Source: Heterodontus francisci (lineage: Eukaryota). Taken from it: DNA of 64,000 bases. The position numbers and the translations under genes were made by a program. The notes below the pieces were generated by a model. That model was not told where the DNA came from. It ran no database searches and saw nothing but the letters and a program-made list of their open reading frames with translations. The stretch lies in NCBI RefSeq assembly GCF_036365525.1, contig NC_090378.1, forward strand, positions 120,327,593 through 120,391,592, read 5' to 3'. This document shows positions 1-15,000 of the stretch, one piece after another (the stretch's first letter is position 1; the number at the start of each line of letters is the position of its first letter).

Positions 1-3000
1 TACATCACACTTCACAATCCAGTCTGTGTACTCAGGTACATCACACTTCACAATCCAGTCTGTGTACTCAGGAACATCACACTTCACAATCCAGTCTGTG
101 TACTCAGGTACATCACACTTCACAATCCATTCTGTGTACTCAGGTACATCACACTTCACAATCCAGTCTGTGCACTCAGGTACATCACACTACACAATCC
201 AGTCTGTGTATTCAGGTATATCACACTTCACAATCCAGTCTGTGTACTCGGGTACATCACGCTTCACAATCCAGTCTGTGTACTCAGGTACATCACACTT
301 CACAATTCTGTCTGAGTACTCAGGTACATCACACTTCACAATCCAGTCTGTGTACTCAGGTCCATCACTCTTCACAATCCAGTCCGTTTACTCAGGTACA
401 TCACACTTCACAATCCATTCTGTGTACTCAGGGACATCACACTTCACAATCCATTCTGTGTACTCAGGTACATCACACTTCACAATCCAGTCCGTGTTCT
501 CAGGTACATCACACTTCACAATCCGGTCTGTGTACTCAGGTACATCACACTTCACAATCCCGTCTGTGTACTCAGGTACATCACTCTTCACAATCCGGGC
601 TGTGTTCTCAGGTACATCACACTTCACAATCCCGTCTGTGTACTCAGGTACATTACACTTCACAATCCAGTCTGTGTACTCGGGTACATCACGCTTCACA
701 ATCCAGTCTGTGTACTCAGGTACATCACACTTCACAATTCTGTCTGAGTACTCAGGTACATCACACTTCACAATCCAGTCTGTGTACTCAGGTCCATCAC
801 ACTTCACAATCCAGTCTGTATACTCAGGTACATCACACTTCACAATCCAGTCTGTGTACTCAGGTACATCACACTTCACAATCCATTCTGTGTACTCAGG
901 TACATCACACTTCAGAATCCAGTCCGTGTTCTCAGGTACATCACACTTCACAATCCGGTCTGTGTTCTCAGGTACATCACACTTCACAATCCCGTCTGTG
1001 TACTCAGGTACAACACACTTCACAATCCAGTCTATGTACTCAGGTACATGACACTTCACAATCCAGTCTGTGTACTCAGGTACATCACACTTCACAATCC
1101 ATTCTGTGTACTCAGGTACATCACACTTCACAATCCAGTCTGTGTACTCAGGTACATCACACTTCACAATCCAGTCTGTGTACTCAGTTATATCACACTT
1201 CACAATCCAGTCTGTGTACTCCGATACATCACACTTCACAATCCAGTCTTTGTACTCAGGTACATCACACTTCACAATCCGTTCTGTGTACTCAGGGACA
1301 TCACACTTCACAATCCATTCTGTGTACTCAGGTACATCACACTTCACAATCCAGTCCGTGTACTCAGGTACATCACACTTCACAATCCAGTCTGTGTACT
1401 CAGGTACATGACACTTCACAATCCAGTCTGTGTACTCAGGTACATCACACTTCACAATCCAGTCTGTGTACTCAGGAACATCACACTTCACAATCCAGTC
1501 TGTGTACTCAGGTACATCACACTTCACAATCTAGTCTGTGTACTCAGGTATATAACACTTCACAAACCAGACTGTGTCCTCTGGTACATCACACTTCGCA
1601 ATCCAGTCTGTGTACACAGGTAAATCACACTTCGCAATCCAGTCTGTGTACTCAGGTACATCACAGTTCGTAATCCAGTCTGTGTACACAGGTACATCAC
1701 TCTTCACAATCCGGGCTCTGTACTCAGGTACATCACACTTCACAATCCAGTCTGTGTACTCAGGTACATCACACTTCACAATCCAGTCTGTGTACTCAGG
1801 TACATCACACTTCACAATCCAGTCTGTGTACTCAGGAACATCACACTTCACAATCCAGTCTGTGTACTCAGGTACATCACACTTCACAATCCATTCTGTG
1901 TACTCAGGTACATCACACTTCACAATCCAGTCTGTGCACTCAGGTACATCACACTTCACAATCCAGTCTGTGTATTCAGGTATATCACACTTCACAATCC
2001 AGTCTGTGTACTCCGATACGTCACACTTCACAATCCAGTCTGTGTACTCAGGTACATCACACTTCACAATCCGGTCTGTGTACTCAGGGACATCACACTT
2101 CACAATCCATTCTGTGTACTCAGGTACATCACACTTCACAATCCAGCCCGTGTACTCAGGTACATCACACTTCACAATCCAGTCTGTATACTCAGGTACA
2201 TGACACTTCACAATCCAGTCTGTGTACTCAGGTACATCACACTTCACAATCCAGTCTGTGTACTCAGGTACATCACACTTCACAATCCAGTCTATGTACT
2301 CAGGTACATCACACTTCACAATCCAGTCTGTGTACTCAGGTATATAACACTTCACAAACCAGATTGTGTCCTCAGGTACATCACACTTCGCAATCCAGTC
2401 TGTGTACACAGGTACATCACACTTCCCAATCCAGTCTGTGTACTCAGGTACATCACACTTCGTAATCCAGTCTGTGTACACAGGTACATCACGCTTCACA
2501 ATCCGGGCTCTGTACTCAGGTACATCACACTTCACAATCCAGTCTGTGTACTCAGGTACATCACACTTCACAATCCCGTCTGTGTACTCAGGTACATCAC
2601 TCTTCACAATCTGGGCTGTGTTCTCAGGTACATCACACTTCACAATCTCGTCTGTGTACTCAGGTACATTACACTTCACAATCCAGTCTGTGTACTCGGG
2701 TACATCACGCTTCACAATCCAGTCTGTGTACTCAGGTACATCACACTTCACAATTCTGTCTGAGTACTCAGGTACATCACACTTCACGATCCAGTCTGTG
2801 TACTCAGGTACATCACACTTCACAATCCAGTCTGTGTACTCAGGTACATCACACTTCACAATCCAGTCCGTGTTCTCAGGTACATCACACTTCACAATCC
2901 GGTCTGTGTACTCAGGTACATCAGACTTCACAATCCAGTCTGTGTACTCAGGTACATCACACTTCACAATCCACTCAGTGTACTCAGGTACATCACACTT

Positions 3001-6000
3001 CACAATCCAGTCCGTGTTCTCAGGTACATCACACTTCACAATCCAGTCTGTGTACTCAGGTACATCACACTTCACAATCCCGTCTGTGTACTCAGGTACA
3101 TCACACTTCACAATCCAGTCTGTGTACTCAGGTACATCACACTTCACAATCTAGTCTGTGTACTCAGGTATATAACACTTCACAAACCAGACTGTGTCCT
3201 CTGGTACATCACACTTCGCAATCCAGTCTGTGTACACAGGTAAATCACACTTCGCAATCCAGTCTGTGTACTCAGGTACATCACAGTTCGTAATCCAGTC
3301 TGTGTACACAGGTACATCACTCTTCACAATCCGGGCTCTGTACTCAGGTACATCACACTTCACAATCCAGTCTGTGTACTCAGGTACATCACACTTCACA
3401 ATCCAGTCTGTGTACTCAGGTACATCACACTTCACAATCCAGTCTGTGTACTCAGGAACATCACACTTCACAATCCAGTCTGTGTACTCAGGTACATCAC
3501 ACTTCACAATCCATTCTGTGTACTCAGGTACATCACACTTCACAATTCAGTCTGTGCACTCAGGTACATCACACTTCACAATCCAGTCTGTGTATTCAGG
3601 TATATCACACTTCACAATCCAGTCTGTGTACTCCGATACGTCACACTTCACAATCCAGTCTGTGTACTCAGGTACATCACACTTCACAATCCGGTCTGTG
3701 TACTCAGGGACATCACACTTCACAATCCATTCTGTGTACTCAGGTACATCACACTTCAAAATCCAGCCCGTGTACTCAGGTACATCACACTTCACAATCC
3801 AGTCTGTATACTCAGGTACATGACACTTCACAATCCAGTCTGTGTACTCAGGTACATCACACTTCACAATCCAGTCTGTGTACTCAGGTACATCACACTT
3901 CACAATCCAGTCTATGTACTCAGGTACATCACACTTCACAATCCAGTCTGTGTACTCAGGTATATAACACTTCACAAACCAGATTGTGTCCTCAGGTACA
4001 TCACACTTCGCAATCCAGTCTGTGTACACAGGTACATCACACTTCACAATCCAGTCTGTGTACTCAGGTACATCACACTTCACAATCCAGTCTGTGTACT
4101 CAGGTACATCACACTTCACAATCCAGTCTGTGTACTTAGGAACATCACACTTCACAATCCAGTCTGTGTACTCAGGTACATCACACTTCACAATCCATTC
4201 TGTGTACTCAGGTACATCACACTTCACAATCCAGTCTGTGCACTCAGGTACATCACACTTCACAATCCAGTCTGTGTATTCAGGTATATCACACTTCACA
4301 ATCCAGTCTGTGTACTCCGATACGTCACACTTCACAATCCAGTCTGTGTACTCAGGTACATCACACTTCACAATCCGGTCTGTGTACTCAGGGACATCAC
4401 ACTTCACAATCCATTCTGTGTACTCAGGTACATCACACTTCAAAATCCAGCCCGTGTACTCAGGTACATCACACTTCACAATCCAGTCTGTATACTCAGG
4501 TACATGACACTTCACAATCCAGTCTGTGTACTCAGGTACATCACACTTCACAATCCAGTCTGTGTACTCAGGTACATCACACTTCACAATCCAGTCTATG
4601 TACTCAGGTACATCACACTTCACAATCCAGTCTGTGTACTCAGGTATATAACACTTCACAAACCAGATTGTGTCCTCAGGTACATCACACTTCGCAATCC
4701 AGTCTGTGTACACAGGTACATCACACTTCCCAATCCAGTCTGTGTACTCAGGTACATCACACTTCGTAATTCAGTCTGTGTACACAGGTACATCACGCTT
4801 CACAATCCGGGCTCTGTACTCAGGTACATCACACTTCACAATCCAGTCTGTGTACTCAGGTACATCACACTTCACAATCCCGTCTGTGTACTCAGGTACA
4901 TCACTCTTCACAATCTGGGCTGTGTTCTCAGGTACATCACACTTCACAATCCCGTCTGTGTACTCAGGTACATTACACTTCACAATCCAGTCTGTGTACT
5001 CGGGTACATCACGCTTCACAATCCAGTCTGTGTACTCAGGTACATCACACTTCACAATTCTGTCTGAGTACTCAGGTACATCACACTTCACGATCCAGTC
5101 TGTGTACTCAGGTACATCACACTTCACAATCCAGTCTGTATACTCAGGTACCTCACACTTCACAATCCAGTCTGTGTACTCAGGTACATCACACTTCACA
5201 ATCCATTCTGTGTACTCAGGTACATCACACTTCACAATCCAGTCCGTGTTCTCAGGTACATCACACTTCACAATCCGGTCTGTGTACTCAGGTACATCAC
5301 ACTTCACAATCCCGTCTGTGTACTCAGGTACAACACACTTCACAATCCAGTCTGTGTACTCAGGTACATGACACTTCACAATCCAGTCTGTCTACTCAGG
5401 TACATCACACTTCACAATCCAGTCCGTGTTCTCAGGTACATCACACTTCACAATCCGGTCTGTGTACTCAGGTACATCAGACTTCACAATCCAGTCTGTG
5501 TACTCAGGTACATCACACTTCACAATCCACTCAGTGCACTCAGGTACATCACACTTCACAATCCAGTCCGTGTTCTCAGGTACATCACACTTCACAATCC
5601 AGTCTGTGTACTCAGGTACATCACACTTCACAATCCCGTCTGTGTACTCAGGTACATCACACTTCACAATCCAGTCTGTGTACTCAGGTACATCACACTT
5701 CACAATCCAGTCTGTGTACTCAGGTACATCACACTTCACAACCCAGTCCGTGTTCTCAGGTACATCACACTTCACAATCCACTCTTTGTACTCAGGTACA
5801 TCACACTTCACAATCCAGTCCGTGTACTCAGGTACATCACACTTCACAATCCAGTCTGTGTACTCAGGTATATCACACTTCACAATCCAGTCTGTGCACT
5901 CAGGTATGTCACACTTCACAGTCCAGTCTGTGTACTCCGATACATCACACTTCACAATCCAGTCCGTTTACTCAGGTACATCACACTTCACAATCCATTC

Positions 6001-9000
6001 TGTGTACTCAGGGACATCACACTTCACAATCCATTCTGTGTACTCAGGTACATCACACTTCACAATCCAGTCCGTGTTCTCAGGTACATCACACTTCACA
6101 ATCCGGTCTGTGTACTCAGGTACATCACACTTCACAATCCCGTCTGTGTACTCAGGTACAACACACTTCACAATCCAGTCTGTGTACTCAGGTACATGAC
6201 ACTTCACAATCCAGTCTGTGTACTCAGGTACATCACACTTCACAATCCAGTCTGTATACTCAGGTACATCACACTTCACAATCCAGTCTGTGTACTCAGG
6301 TACATCACACTTCACAATACATTCTGTGTACTCAGGTACATCACACTTCACAATCCAGTCCGTGTTCTCAGGTACATCACACTTCACAATCCAGTCTGTG
6401 TACTCAGGTACATCACACTTCACAATCCCGTCTGTGTACTCAGGTACATCACACTTCACAATCCAGTCTGTGTACTCAGTTACATCACACTTCACAATCC
6501 AGTCTGTGTACTCAGGTACATCACACCTCACAACCCAGTCCGTGTTCTCAGGTACATCACACTTCACAATCCACTCTTTGTACTCAGGTACATCACACTT
6601 CACAATCCAGTCCGTGTACTCAGGTACATCACACTTCAAAATCCATTCTGTGTACTCAGGTACATCACACTTCACAATCCAGTCTGTGTACTCAGATACA
6701 TCACACTTCACAATCCGGTCTGTGTACTCAGGTACATCACACTTCACAATCCATTCTGTGTACTCAGGTATATAACAATTCACAAACCAGACTGTGTCCT
6801 CTGGTACATCACACTTCGCAATCCAGTCTGTGTACACAGGTACATCACACTTCGCAATCCAGTCTGTGTGCTCAGGTACATCACACTTCGTAATCCAGTC
6901 TGTGTACACAGGTACATCACTCTTCACAATCCGGGCTCTGTACTCAGGTACATCACACTTCACAATCCAGTCTGTGTACTCAGGTACATCACACTTCATA
7001 ATCCAGTCTGTGTACTCAGGTACATCACACTTCACAATCCAGTCTGTGTACTCAGGAACATCACACTTCACAATCCAGTCTGTGTACTCAGGTACATCAC
7101 ACTTCACAATCCATTCTGTGTACTCAGGTACATCACACTTCACAATCCAGTCTGTGCACTCAGGTACATCACACTTCACAATCCAGTCTGTGTACTCAGG
7201 TATATCACACTTCACAATCCAGTCTGTGTACTCCGATACATCACACTTCACAATCCAGTCTGTGTACTCAGGTACATCACACTTCACAATCCGGTCTGTG
7301 TACTCAGGGACATCACACTTCACAATCCATTCTGTGTGCTCAGGTACATCACACTGCACAATCCAGTCCGTGTACTCAGGTACATCACACTTCACAGTCC
7401 AGTCTGTGTACTCAGGTACATGACACTTCACAATCCAGTCTGTGTACTCAGTTACATCACACTTCACAATCCAGTCTGTGTACTCAGGAACATCACACTT
7501 CACAATCCAGTCTATGTACTCAGGTACATCACACTTCAAAATCCAGTCTGTGTACTCAGGTATATAACACTTCACAAACCAGATTGTGTCCTCACGTACA
7601 TCACACTTCGCAATCCAGTCTGTGTACACAGGTACATCACACTTCCCAATCCAGTCTGTGTACTCAGGTACATCACACTTCGTAATCCAGTCTGTGTACA
7701 CAGGTACATCACGCTTCACAATCCGGGCTCTGTACTCAGGTACATCACACTTCACAATCCAGTCTGTGTACTCAGGTACATCACACTTCACAATCCAGTC
7801 TGTGTACTCAGGTACATCACTCTTTACAATCTGGGCTGTGTTCTCAGGTACATCACACTTCACAATCCCGTCTGTATACTCAGGTACATTACACTTCACA
7901 ATCCAGTCTGTGTACTCGGGTACATCACGCTTCACAATCCAGTCTGTGTACTCAGGTACATCACCCTTCACAATTCTGTCTGAGTACTCAGGTACATCAC
8001 ACTTCACGATCCAGTCTGTGTACTCAGATACATCACACTTCACAATCCAGTCTGTATACTCAGGTACATCACACTTCACAATCCAGTCTGTGTACTCAGG
8101 TACATCACACTTCACAATCCATTCTGTGTACTCAGGTACATCACACTTCACAATCCAGTCCGTGTTCTCAGGTACATCACACTTCACAATCCGGTCTGTG
8201 TACTCAGGTACATCACACTTCACAATCCCGTCTGTGTACTCAGGTACAACACACTTCACAATCCAGTCTGTGTACTCAGGTACATGACACTTCACAATCC
8301 AGTCTGTGTACTCAGGTACATCACACTTCACAATCCAGTCCGTGTTCTCAGGTACATCACACTTCACAATCCGGTCTGTGTACTCAGGTACATCAGACTT
8401 CACAATCCAGTCTGTGTACTCAGGTACATCACACTTCACAATCCACTCAGTGTACTCAGGTACATCACACTTCACAATCCAGTCCGTGTTCTCAGGTACA
8501 TCACACTTCACAATCCAGTCTGTGTACTCAGGTACATCACACTTCACAATCCCGTCTGTGTACTCAGGTACATCACACTTCACAATCCAGTCTGTGTACT
8601 CAGGTACATCACACTTCACAATCCAGTCTGTGTACTCAGGTACATCACACTTCACAACCCAGTCCGTGTTCTCAGGTACATCACACTTCACAATCCACTC
8701 TTTGTACTCAGGTACATCACACTTCACAATCCAGTCCGTGTACTCAGGTACATCACACTTCACAATCCAGTCTGTGCACTCAGGTATGTCACACTTCACA
8801 GTCCAGTCTGTGTACTCCGATACATCACACTTCACAATCCAGTCCGTTTACTCAGGTACATCACACTTCACAATCCATTCTGTGTACTCAGGGACATCAC
8901 ACTTCACAATCCATTCTGTGTACTCAGGTTCATCACACTTCACAATCCAGTCCGTGTTCTCAGGTACATCACACTTCACAATCCGGTCTGTGTACTCAGG

Positions 9001-12000
9001 TACATCACACTTCACAATCCCGTCTGTGTACTCAGGTACAACACACTTCACAATCCAGTCTGTGTACTCAGGTACATGACACTTCACAATCCAGTCTGTG
9101 TACTCAGGTACATCACACTTCACAATCCATTCTGTGTACTCAGGTACATCACACTTCACAATCCATTCTGTGTACTCAGGTACATCACACTTCACAATCC
9201 AGTCCGTGTTCTCAGGTACATAACACTTCACAATCCAGTCTGTGTACTCAGGTACATCACACTTCACAATCCCGTCTGTGTACTCAGGTACATCACACTT
9301 CACAATCCCGTCTGTGTACTCAGGTACATCACACTTCACAATCCAGTCTGTGTACTCAGGTACATCACACTTCACAACCCAGTCCGTGTTCTCAGGTACA
9401 TCACACTTCACAATCCACTCTTTGTACTCAGGTACATCACACTTCACAATCCAGTCCGTGTACTCAGGTACATCACACTTCACAATCCAGTCTGTGTACT
9501 CAGGTATATCACACTTCACAATCCTGTCTGTGTACTCAGGTATATCACACTTCACAGTCCAGTCTGTGTACTCCGATACATCACACTTCACAATCCAGTC
9601 CGTGTACTCAGGTACATCACACTTCACAATCCATTCTGTGTACTCAGGTACATCACACTTCACAATCCAGTCCGTGTTCTCAGGTACATCACACTTCAAA
9701 ATCCAGTCTGTGTACTCAGGTATATAACACTTCACAAACCAGATTGTGTCCTCACGTACATCACACTTCGCAATCCAGTCTGTGTACACAGGTACATCAC
9801 ACTTCCCAATCCAGTCTGTGTACTCAGGTACATCACACTTCGTAATCCAGTCTGTGTACACAGGTACATCACGCTTCACAATCCGGGCTCTGTACTCAGG
9901 TACATCACACTTCACAATCCAGTCTGTGTACTCAGGTACATCACACTTCACAATCCAGTCTGTGTACTCAGGTACATCACTCTTTACAATCTGGGCTGTG
10001 TTCTCAGGTACATCACACTTCACAATCCCGTCTGTATACTCAGGTACATTACACTTCACAATCCAGTCTGTGTACTCGGGTACATCACGCTTCACAATCC
10101 AGTCTGTGTACTCAGGTACATCACCCTTCACAATTCTGTCTGAGTACTCAGGTACATCACACTTCACGATCCAGTCTGTGTACTCAGATACATCACACTT
10201 CACAATCCAGTCTGTATACTCAGGTACATCACACTTCACAATCCAGTCTGTGTACTCAGGTACATCACACTTCACAATCCATTCTGTGTACTCAGGTACA
10301 TCACACTTCACAATCCAGTCCGTGTTCTCAGGTACATCACACTTCACAATCCGGTCTGTGTACTCAGGTACATCACACTTCACAATCCCGTCTGTGTACT
10401 CAGGTACAACACACTTCACAATCCAGTCTGTGTACTCAGGTACATGACACTTCACAATCCAGTCTGTGTACTCAGGTACATCACACTTCACAATCCAGTC
10501 CGTGTTCTCAGGTACATCACACTTCACAATCCGGTCTGTGTACTCAGGTACATCAGACTTCACAATCCAGTCTGTGTACTCAGGTACATCACACTTCACA
10601 ATCCACTCAGTGTACTCAGGTACATCACACTTCACAATCCAGTCCGTGTTCTCAGGTACATCACACTTCACAATCCAGTCTGTGTACTCAGGTACATCAC
10701 ACTTCACAATCCCGTCTGTGTACTCAGGTACATCACACTTCACAATCCAGTCTGTGTACTCAGGTACATCACACTTCACAATCCAGTCTGTGTACTCAGG
10801 TACATCACACTTCACAACCCAGTCCGTGTTCTCAGGTGCATCACACTTCACAATCCACTCTTTGTACTCAGGTACATCACACTTCACAATCCAGTCCGTG
10901 TACTCAGGTACATCACACTTCACAATCCAGTCTGTGCACTCAGGTATGTCACACTTCACAGTCCAGTCTGTGTACTCCGATACATCACACTTCACAATCC
11001 AGTCCGTTTACTCAGGTACATCACACTTCACAATCCATTCTGTGTACTCAGGGACATCACACTTCACAATCCATTCTGTGTACTCAGGTACATCACACTT
11101 CACAATCCAGTCCGTGTTCTCAGGTACATCACACTTCACAATCCGGTCTGTGTACTCAGGTACATCACACTTCACAATCCCGTCTGTGTACTCAGGTACA
11201 ACACACTTCACAATCCAGTCTGTGTACTCAGGTACATGACACTTCACAATCCAGTCTGTGTACTCAGGTACATCACACTTCACAATCCATTCTGTGTACT
11301 CAGGTACATCACACTTCACAATCCATTCTGTGTACTCAGGTACATCACACTTCACAATCCAGTCCGTGTTCTCAGGTACATAACACTTCACAATCCAGTC
11401 TGTGTACTCAGGTACATCACACTTCACAATCCCGTCTGTGTACTCAGGTACATCACACTTCACAATCCTGTCTGTGTACTCAGGTACATCACACTTCACA
11501 ATCCAGTCTGTGTACTCAGGTACATCACACTTCACAACCCAGTCCGTGTTCTCAGGTACATCACACTTCACAATCCACTCTTTGTACTCAGGTACATCAC
11601 ACTTCACAATCCAGTCCGTGTACTCAGGTACATCACACTTCACAATCCAGTCTGTGTACTCAGGTATATCACACTTCACAATCCTGTCTGTGTACTCAGG
11701 TATATCACACTTCACAGTCCAGTCTGTGTACTCCGATACATCACACTTCACAATCCAGTCCGTGTACTCAGGTACATCACACTTCACAATCCATTCTGTG
11801 TACTCAGGTACATCACACTTCACAATCCAGTCTGTGTACTCAGATACATCACACTTCAAAATCCAGTCTGTGTACTCAGGTACATCACACTTCACAATCC
11901 AGTCTGTGTACTCAGATACATCACACTTCACAATCCGGTCTGTGTACTCAGGTACATCACACTTCACAATCCATTCTGTGTACTCAGGTACATCACACTT

Positions 12001-15000
12001 CACAATCCAGTCCGTGTACTCAGGTACATCACACTTCACAATCCATTCTGTGTACTCAGGTACATCACACTTCACAATCCAGTCTGTGTACTCAGGTACA
12101 TCACACTTCACAATCCAGTCTGTGTACTCAGGAACATCACACTTCACAATCCAGTCTGTGTACTCAGGTACATCAGACTTCACAATCCATTCTGTGTACT
12201 CAGGTACATCACACTTCACAATCCAGTCTGTGTACTCAGGTACATCACACTTCACAATCCAGTCTGTGTACTCAGGTATATCACACTTCACAATCCAGTC
12301 TGTGTACTCCGATACATCACACTTCACAATCCAGTCTGTGTACTCAGGTACATCACACTTCACAATCCGGTCTGTGTACTCAGGGACATCACACTTCACA
12401 ATCCATTCTGTGTACTCAGGTACATCACACTTCACAATCCAGTCCGTGTACACAGGTACATCACACTTCACAATCCAGTCTGTGTACTCAGGAACATCAC
12501 ACTTCACAATCCAGTCTGTGTACTCAGGTACATCACACTTCACAATCCAGTCTGTGTACTCAGGTATATAACACTTCACAAACCAGACTGTGTCCTCTGG
12601 TACATCACACTTCGCAATCCAGTCTGTGTACACAGGTACATCACACTTCGCAATCCAGTCTATGTACTCAGGTACATCACACTTCGTAATCCAGTCTGTG
12701 TACACAGGTACATCACTCTTCACAATCCGGGCTCTGTACTCAGGTACATCACACTTCACAATCCAGTCTGTGTACTCAGGTACATCACACTTCACAATCC
12801 AGTCTGTGTACTCAGGTACATCACACTTCACAATCCAGTCTGTGTGCTCAGGAACATCACACTTCACAATCCAGTCTGTGTACTCAGGGACATCACACTT
12901 CACAATCCATTCTGTGTACTCAGGTACATCACACTTCACAATCCAGTCCGTGTACTCAGGTACATCACACTTCACAATCCAGTCTGTGTACTAAGGTACA
13001 TCACACTTCACAATCCAGTCTGTGTAGTCAGGAACATCACACTTCACAATCCAGTCTGTGTACTCAGGTACATCACACTTCACAATCCAGTCTGTGTACT
13101 CAGGTATATAACACTTCACAAACCAGACTGTGTCCTCAGGTACATCACACTTCGCAATCCAGTCTGTGTACACAGGTACATCACACTTCGCAATCCAGTC
13201 TGTGTACTCAGGTACATCACACTTCGTAATCCAGTCTGTGTACACAGGTACATCACTCTTCACAATCCGGGCTCTGTACTCAGGTACATCACACTTCACA
13301 ATCCAGTCTGTGTACTCAGGTACATCACACTTCACAATCCAGTCTGTGTACTCAGGTACATCACTCTTCACAATCCGGGCTGTGTTCTCAGGTACATCAC
13401 ACTTCACAATCCCGTCTGTGTACTCAGGTACATTACACTTCACAATCCAGTCTGTGTACTCGGGTACATCACACTTCACAATCCAGTCTGTGTACTCAGG
13501 TACATCACACTTCACAATTCTGTCTGAGTACTCAGGTACATCACACTTCACAATCCAGTCTGTGTACTCAGGTACATCACACTTCACAATCCAGTCTGTA
13601 TACTCAGGTACATCACACTTCACAATCCAGTCTGTGTACTCAGGTACATCACACTTCACAATCCATTCTGTGTACTCAGGTACAACACACTTCACAATCC
13701 AGTCCGTGTTCTCAGGTACATCACACTTCACAATCCGGTCTGTGTACTCAGGTACATCACACTTCACAATCCCGTCTGTGTACTCAGGTACAACACACTT
13801 CACAATCCAGTCTGTGTACTCAGGTACATGACACTTCACAATCCAGTCTGTGCACTCAGGTACATCACACTTCACAATCCAGTCCGTGTTCTCAGGTACA
13901 TCACACTTCACAATCCGGTCTGTGTACTCAGGTACATCACACTTCACAATCCAGTCTGTGTACTCAGGTACATCACACTTCAAAATCCAGTCTGTGTACT
14001 CAGGTATATAACACTTCACAAACCAGGCTGTGTCCTCAGGTACATCACACTTCGCAATCCAGTCTGTGTACACAGGTACATCACACTTCGCAATCCAGTC
14101 TGTGTACTCAGGTACATCACACTTCGTAATCCATTCTGTGTACACAGGTACATCACTCTTCACAATCCGGGCTCTGTACTCAGGTACATCACACTTCACA
14201 ATCCAGTCTGTGTACTCAGGTACATCACACTTCACAATCCAGTCTGTGTACTCAGGTACATCACTCTTCACAATCCGGGCTGTGTTCTCAGGTACATCAC
14301 ACTTCACAATCCCGTCTGTGTACTCAGGTACATTACACTTCACAATCCAGTCTGTGTACTCGGGTACATCAGGCTTCACAATCCAGTCTGTGTACTCAGG
14401 TACATCACACTTCACAATTCTGTCTGAGTACTCAGGTACATCACACTTCACAATCCAGTCTGTGTACTCAGGTACATCACACTTCACAATCCAGTCTGTA
14501 TACTCAGGTACATCACACTTCACAATCCAGTCTGTGTACTCAGGTACATCACACTTCACAATCCATTCTGTGTACTCAGGTACATCACACTTCACAATCC
14601 AGTCCGTGTTCTCAGGTACATCACACTTCACAATCCGGTCTGTGTACTCAGGTACATCACACTTCACAATCCCGTCTCTGTACTCAGGTACAACACACTT
14701 CACAATCCAGTCTGTGTACTCAGGTACATGACACTTCACAATCCAGTCTGTGTACTCAGGTACATCACACTTCACAATCCATTCTGTGTACTCAGGTATA
14801 TCACACTTCACAATCCAGTCTGTGTACTCCGATACATCACACTTCACAATCCAGTCTGTGTACTCAGGTACATCACACTTCACAATCCGGTCTGTGTACT
14901 CAGGGACATCACACTTCACAATCCATTCTGTGTACTCAGGTACATCACACTTCACAATCCAGTCCGTGTACTCAGGTACATCACACTTCACAATCCAGTC